Shown here: positions 1-14,100 of the stretch, in pieces
How the letters are laid out: each line of letters begins with the position of its first letter
How positions within the stretch are numbered: position 1 is the stretch's first letter
DNA from: Podarcis gaigeae
Taxonomy: Eukaryota
Assembly: GCA_964106915.2 (NCBI GenBank)
Contig: OZ066922.1
Reading direction: 5' to 3' (one strand)
Length of the DNA stretch: 64,000 nucleotides
Position numbers and translations under genes: made by a program
The notes under the pieces: generated by a model
Told to the model about the DNA's origin: nothing
Database searches by the model: none
Seen by the model: only the letters and a program-made list of their open reading frames with translations

Positions 1-1457
1 CACTGCTCCGTATTCCAGCTACTTTTGATAGGAAGCCCACTCTTCAATGCACTGAATATTCATATTAATGAATTTGCATGGATTCTTTCCCCTTTAAAGT
101 TACCTGCTGAAGAAACTTTGATGCTGAAGAAACTTTGGCTTGCAGCTGCTGAGAGTTTGTGATCGAATGAAACTGACTTTCCCTTTAGCTTTAGCAGACA
201 TGCTCTGTGTAGACAGGTTCCTTGTCCTCGCATAGGTTTAGGATTGATCACCACAACTCTTAAACTTCGTATAATTATGCAGTGAGAGATTGTGCCATGT
301 AGTATGTGGGATGTATAGTAGCCATGTGTTTAAGACACCCAATATGATCGTCCTGTTAGTGGCAGCTTTATTCTAAATTTGGGCTCACAATAGATGCTCT
401 CCTTCAACTGACTACAAAGAGCATACATTCCCTGAGCTGGCAATTTAAAACGTGGCCCAACATCATGATGCTGACTTGGCTGTTCCCTTGCAAAGAACGG
501 GCCACATAAATTACACCTGATTGAGCAGCTAGAAATTGCTGAGATGGGATTTTGATTGGATCCAATGCACCCAAAGGATGGTTGAGTTTTCTGCCGTCCC
601 TTCAGCTATATTCTGCTTTGCAAGGACCATCCAACCTTAGGAGCAAACTTACCCAGGATTGCCTGTTTCAGCAATGTGCATATACCTTGGGGGAAGAGAG
701 CACGCAGGCAACTTTGCAGCTCATGATGCCCCCAGTATTTCAGAGAACAAAATGAATTCAAGACCTTTGTATTCATCATTGTCCATCCAGGGTATAGGCA
801 CAGATATCAATGGGAAGATACAAAGAACTGCCAGACATTAAAAATGCGGCATTCTAGAGGATTGGAGTCTTCTCCCCATTCCGTACTACCTTTAAATGAA
901 CTATAAATGTTCTCCTTTATCTATCTAGCTTATCTGGAAGGCACTTAGAAGGAGAGGATCCTGTAACAACATAATTTAGTTTCTTCCTAGATATCTCCTG
1001 TTACACATATGGGGAACACACCCATTTTAGTAATCTGTATCAAAGTATTCCATGAATGAACATACCAAATCACACAACAAATCCTACTTTATGACTCAGA
1101 TCTTTTTTAGGGCCGCACAGTGTGTTCTTTATTGAAAAAGTAATGTTGTGTCAATTTTGATCTTCCGTTTTAGTCTTTTTGTGGTGAGTTAGGTATACAC
1201 AACAAGTGGTCTTTCCAGTACTGGAAAGCACATGATAAATCTATCTTGGCTTGGGTATTCTTTGGAATGGCAGTAATAATTAACTACAGCTTCCCCAGCC
1301 CTTCGGTATGTATGTACAAAACCCAGAAGATCAACAGCAATTTCTAACCGCATGAGTTCTATGTCCACATTTACATAGTTCACTTAACTCCACTTGATCT
1401 GTGTTGCATGTGCCTGCTCTCTCTATGTTGTGGGCCTGTGTCATTTTGTGCTTTCAG

Positions 1458-1550
1458 ATAGTGGTGGGTGTGCTCGCAAACGTGCTGCCATGTCTGTCAA
1501 ATTAACAGCCGTGAAGAGAGTTCAGAGTTCTCCAAACCTATTGACAGCAG
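1458..1550 (+). CDS. SORBS2: SORBS2 exon, 93 nt, phase 1-1: (D)[30 protein letters not shown](G)
   Basis: Acceptor ctttcag|ATAGT and donor GCAG|gtatta; matches the recalled N-terminal SORBS2 segment. Contains an internal in-frame gccATG at 1490. Confidence 0.93.
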
Positions 1551-3188
1551 GTATTAAATATTAACCATGGAATGTCCCACTTGGGTGCCATTGTGGCATG
1601 GTTTCTGTACAGTGTTGGAGCTGAATATCGTGGTTGATAATGAATGTGGCTGCAGCTGCTGCTCATAACCGTTATTACGAAATGTTTCTGTCCTGCTGAT
1701 GTAATCTTAAGCTATGTCCTTGTGGGAACTTCTCAGGCATTCTGGGCTGTGTCCACTGAGAACTAGACCAGCAGTGCACATGCCTTAATTTGAACGAGAG
1801 CTTATCTGGGCTCAGCCCCAGAACTTATTTTCCACACCAGAGCTCATGTGAAATAATAGCTTTTGAGTAGTGTGCAACCAAGTCAGAGTAGACCCATTGG
1901 AATCAATGGGCTTCCCTCCCCCACTCCCATTTGAGGGAGAGTGATCATGTGAGCTGGAGCCATAATCAAGCAGAGGTGTTCTTTAAAGAACAGAGGGGAG
2001 ATATGGGGTATCCATCCACACTTCTATGCACTGATGTCTTTGGCAGTGGACGACCAATGGCACATAATTTTTTAAGTGGGACTAAGTTAGTAGTACTAAT
2101 TCATTTTTTTCCTATTTTATCACTGTGGTTGCTTAGCTAGAAACTGATTGAAATCCCTTGGGGATGGAAGAAGGAAAGTACCATAATATTCTCTATAAAA
2201 TGACAGCGCAAGTGTCCTGTAACGCCAGTCAGTATATATTACAAGATATATGAATGCCAGGCCAAATTTTTATAGGAAGACGTTTTCATGCATCATCACC
2301 AAATTGGAAGCAATGTAGCATTTACAATATTCTCAGTACTCTTCAGAATGCTGGGTTGAAATCATTCCCTTTGGCTGTTAGAAACCATAAACCAGGTTTC
2401 AGAAATTAATGTGAGTTTGGCCATTGAATTTTACCCTTGGGTAAGTTTTGCTAAGTCAGTGCAGCTTACACTTTTTAAAGGTTTCCAATGCCAAAGTAAT
2501 AGAAACCATGTTTGACTTAAAGGTTTGTGGCCATTTTGCTATAAACATTTAAAAGCAGCTTTTTAAAGATTTGCATTTGGCAGTAGCCCAAGAAAATGAA
2601 GAATGTTAAAGTGGCAACTCTAGCTTCATTGTCCTGGCCTTTCATCATAAACAGATTAATTATGCAATATAATACCTAGACAAATATTCATCAACAGAAA
2701 CAGATCTCAGTAAAATTTCCAGCTACAAATCATTAGTGTTGGTAATAGTCACCTTAACTGTAAAGTTGAGAAAAGTCTTCTTGCAATTTTATACTCAATT
2801 ACAATAGCTCTGGAAAGCAACTAGAAAATGACATGGGCTGAAAAAGAATAGTATCATTTAATTTAAATCTAATAAAACAGCAATAAAACTAATACAAAAT
2901 AAAGCAGAACCACAGTAGCCCTGAAGTGTAGCCTTCAGAAAGTGTGAATTAATGGAGCCATAAGCATTGATTTATTTATTGTACCTGTGTTCCACTCGCC
3001 CAAGTTGTGCATAGGTAGCAGAAGAGAAGTGGAATTTCAGTTAATCAATGCATGTTTTGTAGCTCCTTACTAAGCTAACATAAGGAAATTTGCAAAGGGT
3101 AAATTGGGTACTGCCTCATGAAGAACATGCCCTTTTCAGCCTACAACTACTATCATATAACTGTTTTAAAGAGATTGATTCCATAGAA

Positions 3189-3324
3189 CAGGCATAAGCA
3201 ACCTCGGCCCTTCAGATGTTTTGGGACTACAATTCCTATCATCCCTGACCACTGGTCCTGTTAGCTAGGGATCATGGGAGTTGTAGCCCCAAAACATCTG
3301 GAGAGCCAAGGTTGCCTATGCCCG
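3189..3324. mobile_element. Palindromic hAT (Charlie-like) MITE, 136 bp
   Basis: Long inverted arms CAGGCATAAGCAACCT...AGGTTGCCTATGCCCG; 8-bp target-site duplication (TSD) CCATAGAA/CCATAGAG. Confidence 0.88.
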
Positions 3325-4226
3325 CCATAGAGCAAATCCTCTGCAATTGTATATATAAAAAAAATTCTAATGCATTTTAAAGCACCCTCACATAATTGAT
3401 CAAAGACTAACAATGGAGCAGGGATTTCAATCAATTTCTATCAAGAAGGGCACCATGGCAGAGGTTCATACATTGTCTATCAATAAGGTCACAGACAATG
3501 TTGCTGACAATAGTAACGTTAGAATGCCCTGCCTTAGTTTAGTTTCCCCCAAACTTGTCCCAAAATGCTTTTAGTTACCTTGAGATTTGAATGGTTTTTC
3601 TATTGCTGGCATCTCTTAAAACAAATTGACCTGGCAAGGTCAAATGGGTCCAATTCCCCTGGCCTGCACATAAGTTTATGATATTGGGTTGTTAATAATA
3701 GCATAATAGGTTATGCTAGGTTAAGGAGGCACTGTGCTCATTATGTGCTTCTGAACATAGAGGAAAAAGGAGTATATGTGTTTGATGCTCACTTCTGTAG
3801 TGCTAAACTATGGTTTAATGTCTCATCCAAACTGAACCAGTGTGAAATTGAAGCAAAAGTGCTGTTGTGTTATGCTTGTTCACTCTTGTTTTGGGCCACA
3901 TAACTTTAATGAAGGTTAGAGGGCTCTTTGACAGAGCAAAAATGGCATAATGAGCCATTCACTCTGATGCTGTGCATATTTACTTAGCAAAATTTACTTC
4001 AGAGCTCAGCAGTGCTTATGCCCAACTTAAATATGCTTACGTTTGTGGTCTTTAGAAAAAAAGATCCTTGGCTACATATGCCGGTATAGTAAGAGTCATT
4101 AAAGTATGTGTGCCAATAATTTTCAGTAAGTGAATTACCCCTTGTCTACCACCGTGGTATCAAAGCATAAAGTAGGAATGCTAACTGTACTTTCCACATA
4201 TTAACTTTGACGTTCTCTTTCTTTAG

Positions 4227-4253
4227 GACTTGATTCTCAGTCACCAGATTCAG
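4227..4253 (+). CDS. SORBS2: SORBS2 27-nt microexon, phase 1-1: (G)LDSQSPDS(A)
   Basis: ttctctttctttag|GACTT...TCAG|gtaaat; matches recalled GRDSQSPDSA. Confidence 0.9.
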
Positions 4254-4954
4254 GTAAATGGGTTGCTGTTATTTTAAGCTGAATATAACAACACTGTGAG
4301 TGGAATAAATAAGGCATGCATTTAAACCCCCTCCCCACTGTTTCTCTAGCCAAACTGTACTAATTTTGAGATTCTAAATCTTGAACTAAAGATTTTTGAT
4401 ACGTGTGAAAGGCTTTCTTTTACATTTGCTGGCCTTTATATAATGAATGATAACCTAATTTTTTGCTTTCTTAATGGCTTTTTTAAATGCAGACCACTCA
4501 TCCAAAAAGACCCTACATTACATACCAACATTTCTATGTAATTTAGAGCAGAAAGCACTCATTATCTTCAATTTACGAAGTGGTAGCGAAACAGAAGAAA
4601 TCTGTTCTTGCAGGTGTATAACTGGATGTTTTTAAGGTGCCAGTGGGCATAGAATGGGTAATTCTGTAAACTTACACCAGAAAGACTGTACTGCTGCATG
4701 AGATATAATTTGGAACAGCTTTCAGTTAATAAGGGCTTTACTGGTCCTTTTAGCCAACAATAAAGCTGCTAGCTGCAGCGATCAATCTAATCCTACAGCA
4801 TCTCTTTTGGGTAGCTTATAGTTCTGAATTTTTCCATCTTCCTAAAGGAAGCTATGTACTGCGTATACGCTTTGCGTTTCTTCACCTCTCCAAGTCAGTG
4901 TTTGCCAAGCATCTGAGTCAAAGGCAAACTATACCCTTACACCCAAATCACTGT

Positions 4955-5130
4955 TTGGAGGTAGAACACAGGCTCTGCATGCAAAAGGTCCTAAATTCAA
5001 ACTTAAAGCACTACAAATATGACCGGGGAAGATTCCTGTCTGACACCCTGGATTGCTGCTGCCATTTGGTATGCCCACTGCTTAGCTGGGTGGACCAATG
5101 CTTTGATTCAGCAGGAAGCACCTTCCTATG
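4955..5130 (+). mobile_element. Decayed tRNA-headed squamate SINE
   Basis: tRNA-like head (gtagaacacaggctctgcatgcaaaaggtcc) and a 3' part similar to the copies at 47929 and 61880. Confidence 0.6.
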
Positions 5131-6057
5131 ACAAAATTTAAATTTAGAAATAAAAGCTTTGCTCCAGCTTATACCTGTTGTTCAAGGACAGGATTGAGCG
5201 TCATGAATGCCACAGAAATGCCATGAAAAATACCAGCCCTGTGACTTTTCCCTAGGAATGTTCAACATATGACATATCATTATCATTTCCTCAACCCCTC
5301 CATGCCACTGACTGCTGCTTCTGCAACACAAGGAATCCATAGATCTCTTGAGTATCATTTAGTGGCAAAACAAGTCATGGTGGCAGCCATTTTTGCTGGA
5401 AGCTACATCTAGGAGGCTTGTACAAATGTAGTACACATGCATTCTCCTGAAGTGACTGAGGGCAGATGCATGTAAAAACCAGACCAAGTGTGGCAAATAA
5501 GTAAACGACATAAGCAAAAGCTGAAGGATTGGAGCATCTGGGAATGCTGTTCTGTTTTGAGCATTCATTTGTTTTTTACTGTTATCTGAATAATCAAGAA
5601 CTAGCCTTTCCTCTCCCAACAGTTATAATCCATGTCTGGGATTTATCTCATTTTACCCACATAGCTACTTTAAGGCATAGATTTGGCTGAAGGGTACTGA
5701 TTTGCCCAGGGCCCCCTAGTTAAGCTTCATAATCCAGAGGCAATTGCAACCTAGACTCCTCACCTGCCAGGCATATACAGCTACACTATATTTACGGTGC
5801 AATCCCATACATAGATCCTCATTTCAAGTCCCCTTGAATTCAGTAGGTAAATTGGGTAAAAGACTTTGGGGTTAAGAGACTTATATAAAGAAAAACAATA
5901 GAAAGCAACACCATCATGAAATCCTGACCTAGTCAGGAGCTCAGCAGAACTGCTTCTGGCTTCCCATGATGTTGTCATATCTAGTATTTTCTAGGCATTT
6001 TATATATATTCATTATAAAAACAACATAGCCTGTGCCTGTAGGCCTATAGTCCTATT

Positions 6058-6185
6058 AGGGGTTTTTCCCCCAGCCATAATGCACCAGAACTCAGTTCCA
6101 GCACCTCACAGGTGGGCGCCATTGCAATTAAAAACGAACAAGGGAGGTGAGTTCCGGGACCTCTTTTTCTAGAAAAATAGCACAG
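6058..6185. mobile_element. Probable decayed hAT-type MITE
   Basis: Imperfect inverted ends (ggggtttttcc / gaaaaatagcacag) and internal gaactcagttcc / gagttccgg motifs; TSD unclear. Confidence 0.4.
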
Positions 6186-6597
6186 GGCATCATTTAAAGC
6201 AGGACAGGATAGAGAGGGAACAGCAAAACAAGCAAAAACAGGCACTTTCCCCCCATAAAGTCACATTAATGACCATACTGCCTAACCACTTAGGAAGATA
6301 GTTATAGGAGAGGAAGATCCAAATGGCAATTGGTTCCAACTGAGCCAATGGAATGGACCAGCACTTGTCTGCTATCTTCCTCTACTGTAATCTGGCAGAC
6401 TGGCTGCAAATAGTATGAATGTACCCTTTGTTATTGACGTATTTGCATTATATCCCTTAGACTTCTTTCACGTTTGTGCCACATCATCTATATTATGTTG
6501 ATTCCAGTCATTGTAGAGCTCATTTCAGTTACTTGACATAATCAAAGCAAAGCTTTTGTCAGAAATAAATTTGCTTGGATTTCTTTTCATATAAAAG

Positions 6598-6722
6598 CTT
6601 GGAGATCATTTAACAGTGGGAGTAGAGAAACACTGAATGGCGACACTAGCAGCTCCTCTCTTGCAGCAAAAGGCTTTCGAAGTGTCCGGCCAAACCTACA
6701 AGAAAAGAGATCGCCAGCTCAG
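6598..6722 (+). CDS. SORBS2: SORBS2 exon, 125 nt: (A)[41 protein letters not shown]
   Basis: Acceptor ataaaag|CTTGG and donor CAG|gtaaaa; conserved [11 protein letters not shown] motif. Confidence 0.93.
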
Positions 6723-7116
6723 GTAAAATGGCAGATATGCAGTCTCACACTCTGAGATTATGTGAAATTCTAAAGTTTAATACTGTGATTTCATGAAGTA
6801 AGGAGAGGCAGTTTCCATTTGATTATTGGTTTTTGGGGTGCTCTCCTGACATTATTGCATTGGTTTGTAGTATGATCTCTGTTTTGGCTGTGCATACAAA
6901 TACTGGTTTGGATGCACAGCTGCTGCTTCACTCATGCACTGAATTCCTTTCAAGGAGTAAAGCACAGCTATGCAGTGTTCATCAGGTTGAAACATATGCC
7001 TGGTGTTGGAACAACAGCACAGTTATTTTTTGTAGCCCAAAGAGTGACATAAATTTGAAACATTCACCCATTCTACAAATTACTTAAGATACTCCCCCCC
7101 CACTCACCCACACATG

Positions 7117-7151
7117 CACGCATGCGCGCGCGCGCGCACACACACACACAC
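7117..7151. repeat. (CG)n(CA)n alternating purine-pyrimidine microsatellite with Z-DNA potential
   Basis: gcacgcatgcgcgcgcgcgcgcacacacacacacac. Confidence 0.85.
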
Positions 7152-7568
7152 TGTTTCTATTACTGTAGACCAGAAAATTTAAGGGGCTATACATCAATTT
7201 CCATCAGAACAGTCTGTTGGTTCCAGTGATCTATCTTGTTAATTTTCATCTCCATAATTTAAAGGTGATAACTAGCAATATTGATCCCAAGAGGGGGATG
7301 CTTCATATTAATGGGTCAGTATTGACCTCACAATGAATTTGCAATTAATATATGCATCCTGGCTTTCCAAACATCAAAATAAAATGTTTACAATCTGGAA
7401 TGATGAAGAATGTGGAGGCCTGATTCAAAACCATTGGCTGGATTTGTGTCGGTATCTCTGTTTAAGAAGTGACACGTTTTATCTCTGTTTACTTTCCTGC
7501 TAATGTTTTGCTTTCTCTCTTTCTCCTGTAATATTTATTTTGTTGCGTGGATGCTTTTGGCACACAAG

Positions 7569-8177
7569 GCCCCCCCACTTCCTCCTAGGAAAGAAAGTTT
7601 GAGTAGATCTGGAATAACTAGCCACAAGAAGAGCGAAATTAACTCCCGGTCCGTAACAACCAAACAAACTAAGAAATCTCCTGATGCTGACCACTGTACT
7701 AACAAGGAGTTTATACGGAGGGCAGTTTATTCTAAAAAATCTAACAGCAGTGTGTCCTACACACACAAAACCACTAAGCCACTGGCCTCTGTTTACAGCA
7801 CAAAAACAATAGCTGGAATTAGAACGAGTTTCCGCCAAGGCCACAAACAACCAGGTCAAAAACGTAGAGTTTCTGCCCTGAAATTAACTAGGGCACGAAA
7901 TGCATCTAGTAGTATTCCTTCTTGTGTACAGCAGCAGCCTGTGCCTGTTGAAGCACCAGCAACTCCACGGAGGCCTGTCTCACCTGTATGTAACCCAGTA
8001 CCTGAGATACACAAAGCATCTCTTTCCATTCAGATAGCTCCCATCCCTGATAATAAAGCGGCGCCTGAAAGCCAACAACATCCACCTAGGCTTTCTCCAG
8101 ACACTTCAGAGACGCCTCCAAACAATATGCAACAAATGTCTACAGTTCCTTCCGCACAGTCCACAGAATGCAATGTG
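7569..8177 (+). CDS. SORBS2: Probable large SORBS2 cassette exon, 609 nt, phase 0-0: APPLPPRKES...STECNV
   Basis: Lies inside ORF 7503-8228, in frame with the flanking exons. A long pyrimidine tract ends in cacacaag|GCC; donor GTG|gtatat. Ser/Thr/Pro/Lys-rich product. Confidence 0.72.
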
Positions 8178-11100
8178 GTATATTATGTTTCTCTCTTGTT
8201 TATTTTAGATCTTTCCTGTGTCACCTAACCTTTTTCTCTTTAGTCTACTCACCTGGCTCTGAGTAGTGGTTTACACTTCCTGGGTAAAACTACCTGAGAC
8301 ACCGTATTGAAAACAGTGTTGCTGTTTGTTTATTTTTTATTGGTTTTGAAAGATGTTTATGGGCTGCCTTAGTACACGGAGAGAGGGAAGGAACAAGTGA
8401 TGTTTAGGTACCTGCTAAGTGCGCACCTTATTGCCTGTGTCCCAGGTATTGCAAAATTCAGTTCTGTAGGGAAAGCAGTCTGAGTGACACCTGAATGACA
8501 CTGCTTGGAGGTATTGAAATCCTAAAAGGAAGTGTCTGGGATCCAGAGGGGCATGTTCTCTCTTCTATGTGTGCATGGCTTTTCTCCCCACTTACCCCCG
8601 CCTTCCTCCTACAGACCCACCCATCAAAAAAACAAAAACAAAACCTGTCTCCAAAGGTTAGGAAACACACCAGCATATCATTCCATTAAGTACAAGGGGC
8701 TGAACAAAAAAATAAATAAATCAGGAAACCCTTCAACCCTGCCCACCTCTGTGCACACAAAAGTCCTTTGCACATGTGTGCCAATCTACCTGGATTCCAG
8801 CTGTTGTGCTTGTTTTGCCATGGTGAGAATTCTGTGGTCATTCTTCACAGATGAAATTCTTCTTTAATTACACCAAAAGGGCATAAAGTGGCTGTACAAG
8901 ATGCATCTAAATCCAGCCCTTAGTGCTGCACAGATTACAAGGCTTCCACAACAAAGGCAGAAGACTGAGCTGTTAATTTATGTAGGTGCTTGAATTGCTA
9001 GGGATATTGGCATTAATTACATTTTGAGTGAGTGTGTTCACACTTCACACAAGGCTGCTCTGATGGCCATGCTCCTTAGAGGCTCTGCTGTTTAAAGCAC
9101 AAGTTTGAAAAAAGCACCCCTATGTTAATCAGAGGGGTTATCTCTGCCCCTCCACACAAACCCCAGTCACCCATAAGATACACCTCACTAGAAACAGGAT
9201 CATTGAACAAGGCCAACCGTTCTGATGTCTTCAGCAATCTTTATTATTTTTGAGGGCACTCTTTGATATACTAAATGCAAGCAATGTAACGGTATGGCTA
9301 ACAGAAAAGTATTTCATAAAGAGTCCAGTTCCAAAAGGATAAAATACTCTGACATCAGAGGAGGAGGTGTAGCAGTGTGGTGGTGGTGTTTCTTTCTGGT
9401 CTAATGACTTGCCAGATGCCAGCGCTCGATTGTGATGATATGGAGAGGGTGCTATTTAATGTTTGAGCCAAGAAATGCAACTGCCTCAGAGCTGATATGA
9501 GGATTCATAATATTAGGATCTGCAAATTCTGGAATCTGATCTGATCAAGGCTGCTATAGAACCATTTTATTTATATATTTTACAAATGAGTTACCATAAA
9601 TCATTATACAGACAGAGCTATGGGAAAGCTAAACAATTGTTACAACTGTATTAATATTAGTACAGGTGTTGCTTTTATTAATCAGAATAAAAGCAGATAG
9701 GTTGGTTGTCATGATGTTTGTGTCCTGAATCCCTAGAATCAAAATGTGAAAGCCCAGGATCCAAAATGGTCCCAACTAGTTTAGTGTGCCATGGTGCGGG
9801 GAGCATAAAACTGGCATTTGCCCAAGGGGGGGAAAGACCTGGCTCAACATGGGAAACAACTTTTGAAGCTGACTTCAGTTTCAAAAATAAACTCCAAATC
9901 CCATAGGACAGTTTGGACCCCAGCCAAGATGGAAGATGGAGGCAAGCAAAACATATGTGCCAATCTGAAGAGGGACTTTTAAACGAGCAAGAGGGTGATT
10001 AGTTTGGGCAGCAGACAGAGCTGAGCATTCTTTGCCATTCTGCCTCTGCTCTGAGAAACTGGAATGAGTAAAAATGGCACATTGGGGGCCCACACAATTG
10101 AAAAAGCAAGTGGGGATGTTATTACTTGAATCGCCTGGAGACTTGCATTCCAGTAAGGAGTTACTTTTAGTAGCCTCCAAATGTTACCAGCTTTTGTAAA
10201 AACATTTCTTTTGGCAATCTCTTGGTAAAACATAAACCAAGGCCCAGCTTACATTTCTCCAGGAAACCAGGAAAGAAGCACTTGTGACTGGGGGAGGGGG
10301 GCTTTTTTTGCTTTTCCTGCTTTTATTATGTGGTGGATGGCCTGTGGATTTCACTGCAGGCTCTCTTTATGGAAGCGGTATGAGCCACATTTATTTCTTC
10401 CATTTTTAGTATGAATCCGCCTTTTTGGGAGAAAGCTGGGTTGGGATTTTCAACACTGAGCCAAAGCGTTCAGGAAATGCATATCATATATATATATCAC
10501 GTCTTCATGAAATAAAGGCACCTTGCAATTTCTGATAAAAAATATGGTTTTAGTAGTACATTAAGGGCAAAATCCACTAAGGAATTTTTAGTAAAGCTCT
10601 CACTTATTTTGGTGGGGAGCTCATAGGAGAAATTACTAGTGAATTCCATATCAGTAAAATAAAATGAGTCTGTCAGGTTCATCCATCCAATCATTTACTT
10701 TGCCACAATTAAACCTTAGGTATCCCATTTAAAGCTCTCATTGGCATGCAGATCATAACATCTACCAGGTATCTGATTTTTTTACATATTGGTTTGGGTC
10801 ACAGTTATTGTAATGGCAGTCAGGGCCAGTCCTACTGTTAGGAAGAGTGAAACATCTGCCCAAGGCAGCTGATTTGGGGTGTCGTGAAAGGGAAGCAATT
10901 TGTTATTTTCATTTATTATTGTATTGTTACTGAAAATGTAAGGTACTGTGGCAATTCCTGTCTCTATGATCTGACTAGTCTTGAATACAGTGCACCCTGA
11001 CTGGGAGTGGATTGCCATTTTCTGTACTGCCTCAGGCACAGAAATGTTCACAGGTGTTATGAGTAGGTATGCAATAATTGGATAGGGAAATGTGGATTTA

Positions 11101-14100
11101 CTTCAGCAATGAGGTTAGACACTTTACAGAAAGTTTGAAGTGTCAGTAGAAGAAAAATACGGAATTGAATTAGTTTCCTTATAGGGAAAGGGCAGATATA
11201 AGACCTGTTGTATACGTCTCAGTAAAAAGCAAAATGTATTTCAAACTTCTAGTTTTGAGAGAAGTTATAGGACATGTAAACTGAATCCTAATGACAAGTA
11301 TGTTCATGGTTCTAGGTGAGTGCCCAGACAAAGGTGAGAGAGCATGTGGAAAGGGCCCCATGTAGTCATTCCTGCACTAAGAATGTGTGCTTACTGCTGC
11401 ACTAAGAAGTGTGTGAACAGCATGGAGATTCCTGGTGAATATGCATATGTTAGAGTGCCATTGTATCTATCCACAAGAATTTAAGGTGTGCTTATGTTTA
11501 AGGGAAACCACTAGTTGCAGATGCTGCAGTATACTTGCATGCAGAGGTGTGCAGTTGAGACAAGTGTTGTTTCTTTTAGATTATAAAACATGTATTGTTG
11601 TTTTGACGCAAGATGCCTGGATTTGTATTTATGTATTTTGGAAACTAGATCCCTTTCTCATCTGTGGGAGGGTGGAAAATACACATAATTTTCACAGTGC
11701 GTAGGAAGAGCTCACCATAGCCACCAATATTGTAGTGCAATGTATTGGAAAGATAAGCCAAGTAGGTTCGTATTAGCATTAAGATGTAAACATTCCATAG
11801 TTAAAGATTATTGTGAAATTCTGTGTTACCAATTACTAGATCATGGATGATTGCCCTACATGTCCAAAAGAGGATGTGCTTGGGAAAGCGCAGAAGATTG
11901 AATATTTTTTAAAAAGAAAAGGGGGGCTTGGTTTTTCAAAACACAGCATATTTTCATGCAGCTGTTGGTGCTGTTCTTTTGTATTATCAGAAGTTTACAG
12001 ACATAAACAAGGGACCCAAAGGAATACAGGTGTTCATAAAACTAGACTAGTTCTGTGAATTGAAGACTGAAAATTGGAAAAAAAACTTTTACACCTAACT
12101 TTAAGCAACCAAATTTTAAAATATTGAGCATGACCCTCTTAACAATTAAAGCAAGAGGTATTTTTACCCAAGTGTGTGTGTTTGTTTGTGTGTGTGTGTG
12201 TGTTAAAATCTGAGTTTTGTGTGCTATCCTTTCTTATGTGTTAATTAACAACAATCAGTTCACTTTTTCATCTTAGAATCTTAATCGTGTCTTGTTCCTT
12301 TGAAGCAAGGCCAGCAATTTGGTGTCATTATCATGCACCCATTCACAAACCTCTTATTAAAATCTGAAATTGTCCACAGTGCTTATAATATACCTGTATC
12401 TACATACTTAATGTTAATTGCCTATATAAGCAATCTGGGAAAATATCTCGGTGCAGAGATTTGTAATAAGCATACTGTGCTTATCCAAGGCCACTGTCCA
12501 AAAGACTAAGGGTAGTCACAGCGTGTTTGGATTCAAGTTTTTTGGGGGGAATTTCCATTTCACAAATAGTGGCCTCATGAACATGTTGTTTTTTTGACAT
12601 GGAAAAATCACAACAAAGTGACTTTTATCTTCCATACTTACATGGTGATAATTCCTTATGAATATGCCCCTCGTTCCCTATATCCTAGAAAATGTTAAAG
12701 ATGTGTAGGGTATCAGTTTTCACCATGTTATGAGGAATTGAGAATGAATTTTTACAACAGATAAATTCTTGTGGTGCTTTACAACTACTTTTCTAAAAAA
12801 TGTAGCATGTGAGGGAACACTTCTTATCAGACTAATATTTTTTATTGGAGAATGATTACAAATCAATACACAGTGTATATATACTTCCTGTGGAATTCAG
12901 GTGCATGCAGAAGACATTTAAACAAGTGATGGTAGGAAACAGCCTATAATAATGCATGAAAGACCTTTCTGGGAAGGATCAGCAGCAGGTCAAGGTCAGG
13001 TCAAAGTCTGAGCAATGAATATCTAGAAAGGAAGATTGGGGCAAAATCAGTCTTGCCTTGCATGGGGCCAGTGTGTTGGACCAGTTGTCTTCCACCAATT
13101 GCAGCCTCCAGTCATGGGTCCTTGGCCGTAGAAGTGCAATGATACGGTTTTAATCATACTATTTTATCACTGATATGCTTGCCACCCTGCCTATAGTACA
13201 TTAAAAGAAAATGAAGTATGAAGAAACCTAAGATGTGTTGTATCCAATACTACTGTTCTGCTTGCGAAACAGAACTGTTCCCCCCTCTCATCCCCACTAC
13301 TGTCCCCTGCAAACCCTCAATATTTGTCAACTTCACATTTACCTGTTTCCATTGTAAGATATTTCTAATTTGAGAGTGTGCTATCTGGAATTCCATGACT
13401 TCCATATACATTGCTCTCAGTTCCCGGGCCTCATACTCACAACTGAATGTCCTGTTGTTTTCTAAACTCTGCATATTCAGTGGACAATTTCTCAGCTTGA
13501 AAAATAAATTTCACTTCATAGAGGAAACATGGCTTTAGGTCATGCTCACTGTTCATTCATTCATTCACTCACTCATTTTATTTGTATGCTGCTTTTTCAC
13601 ACACACACAAAAGCCATGCTCAAAGTGGCTTGCAACAAAGTAAACAGGGATGTATTTCAAACACTACAAAAACTGTTTTGTAATAGCACAGCGAAACAAT
13701 AGCAACTATTATAACATACCCCCCAAATTCAGAGCTATAAATATAAAAAGATTACTTAAACAACATGCAACATCCAAAATAAAAAATAAATAACAGTTTC
13801 ACCTTAATCCAAGAAACACAATTCCCATGATGTTCTTCAGTCCCTTCCCTGCAGAAGCTTCTTATAGTGGGGAAGCTGGAAACACCCCTCCCATTATGTT
13901 CCTGTTGACACTGTTACAGATTTTATAAATTAGACCTGGAAGTTACATACATACATACATACATGCATACCGGTACTTATTTATTTATTTATAAAACATT
14001 TTGCTATATTAACTGCTTAGGAACATCAGGTTTCCTCTGAGTTGTCTACCCTGCTGCCTTCAAGGTTGTATATTAACTTTCTGTGTACCTTTTGAGTAGC

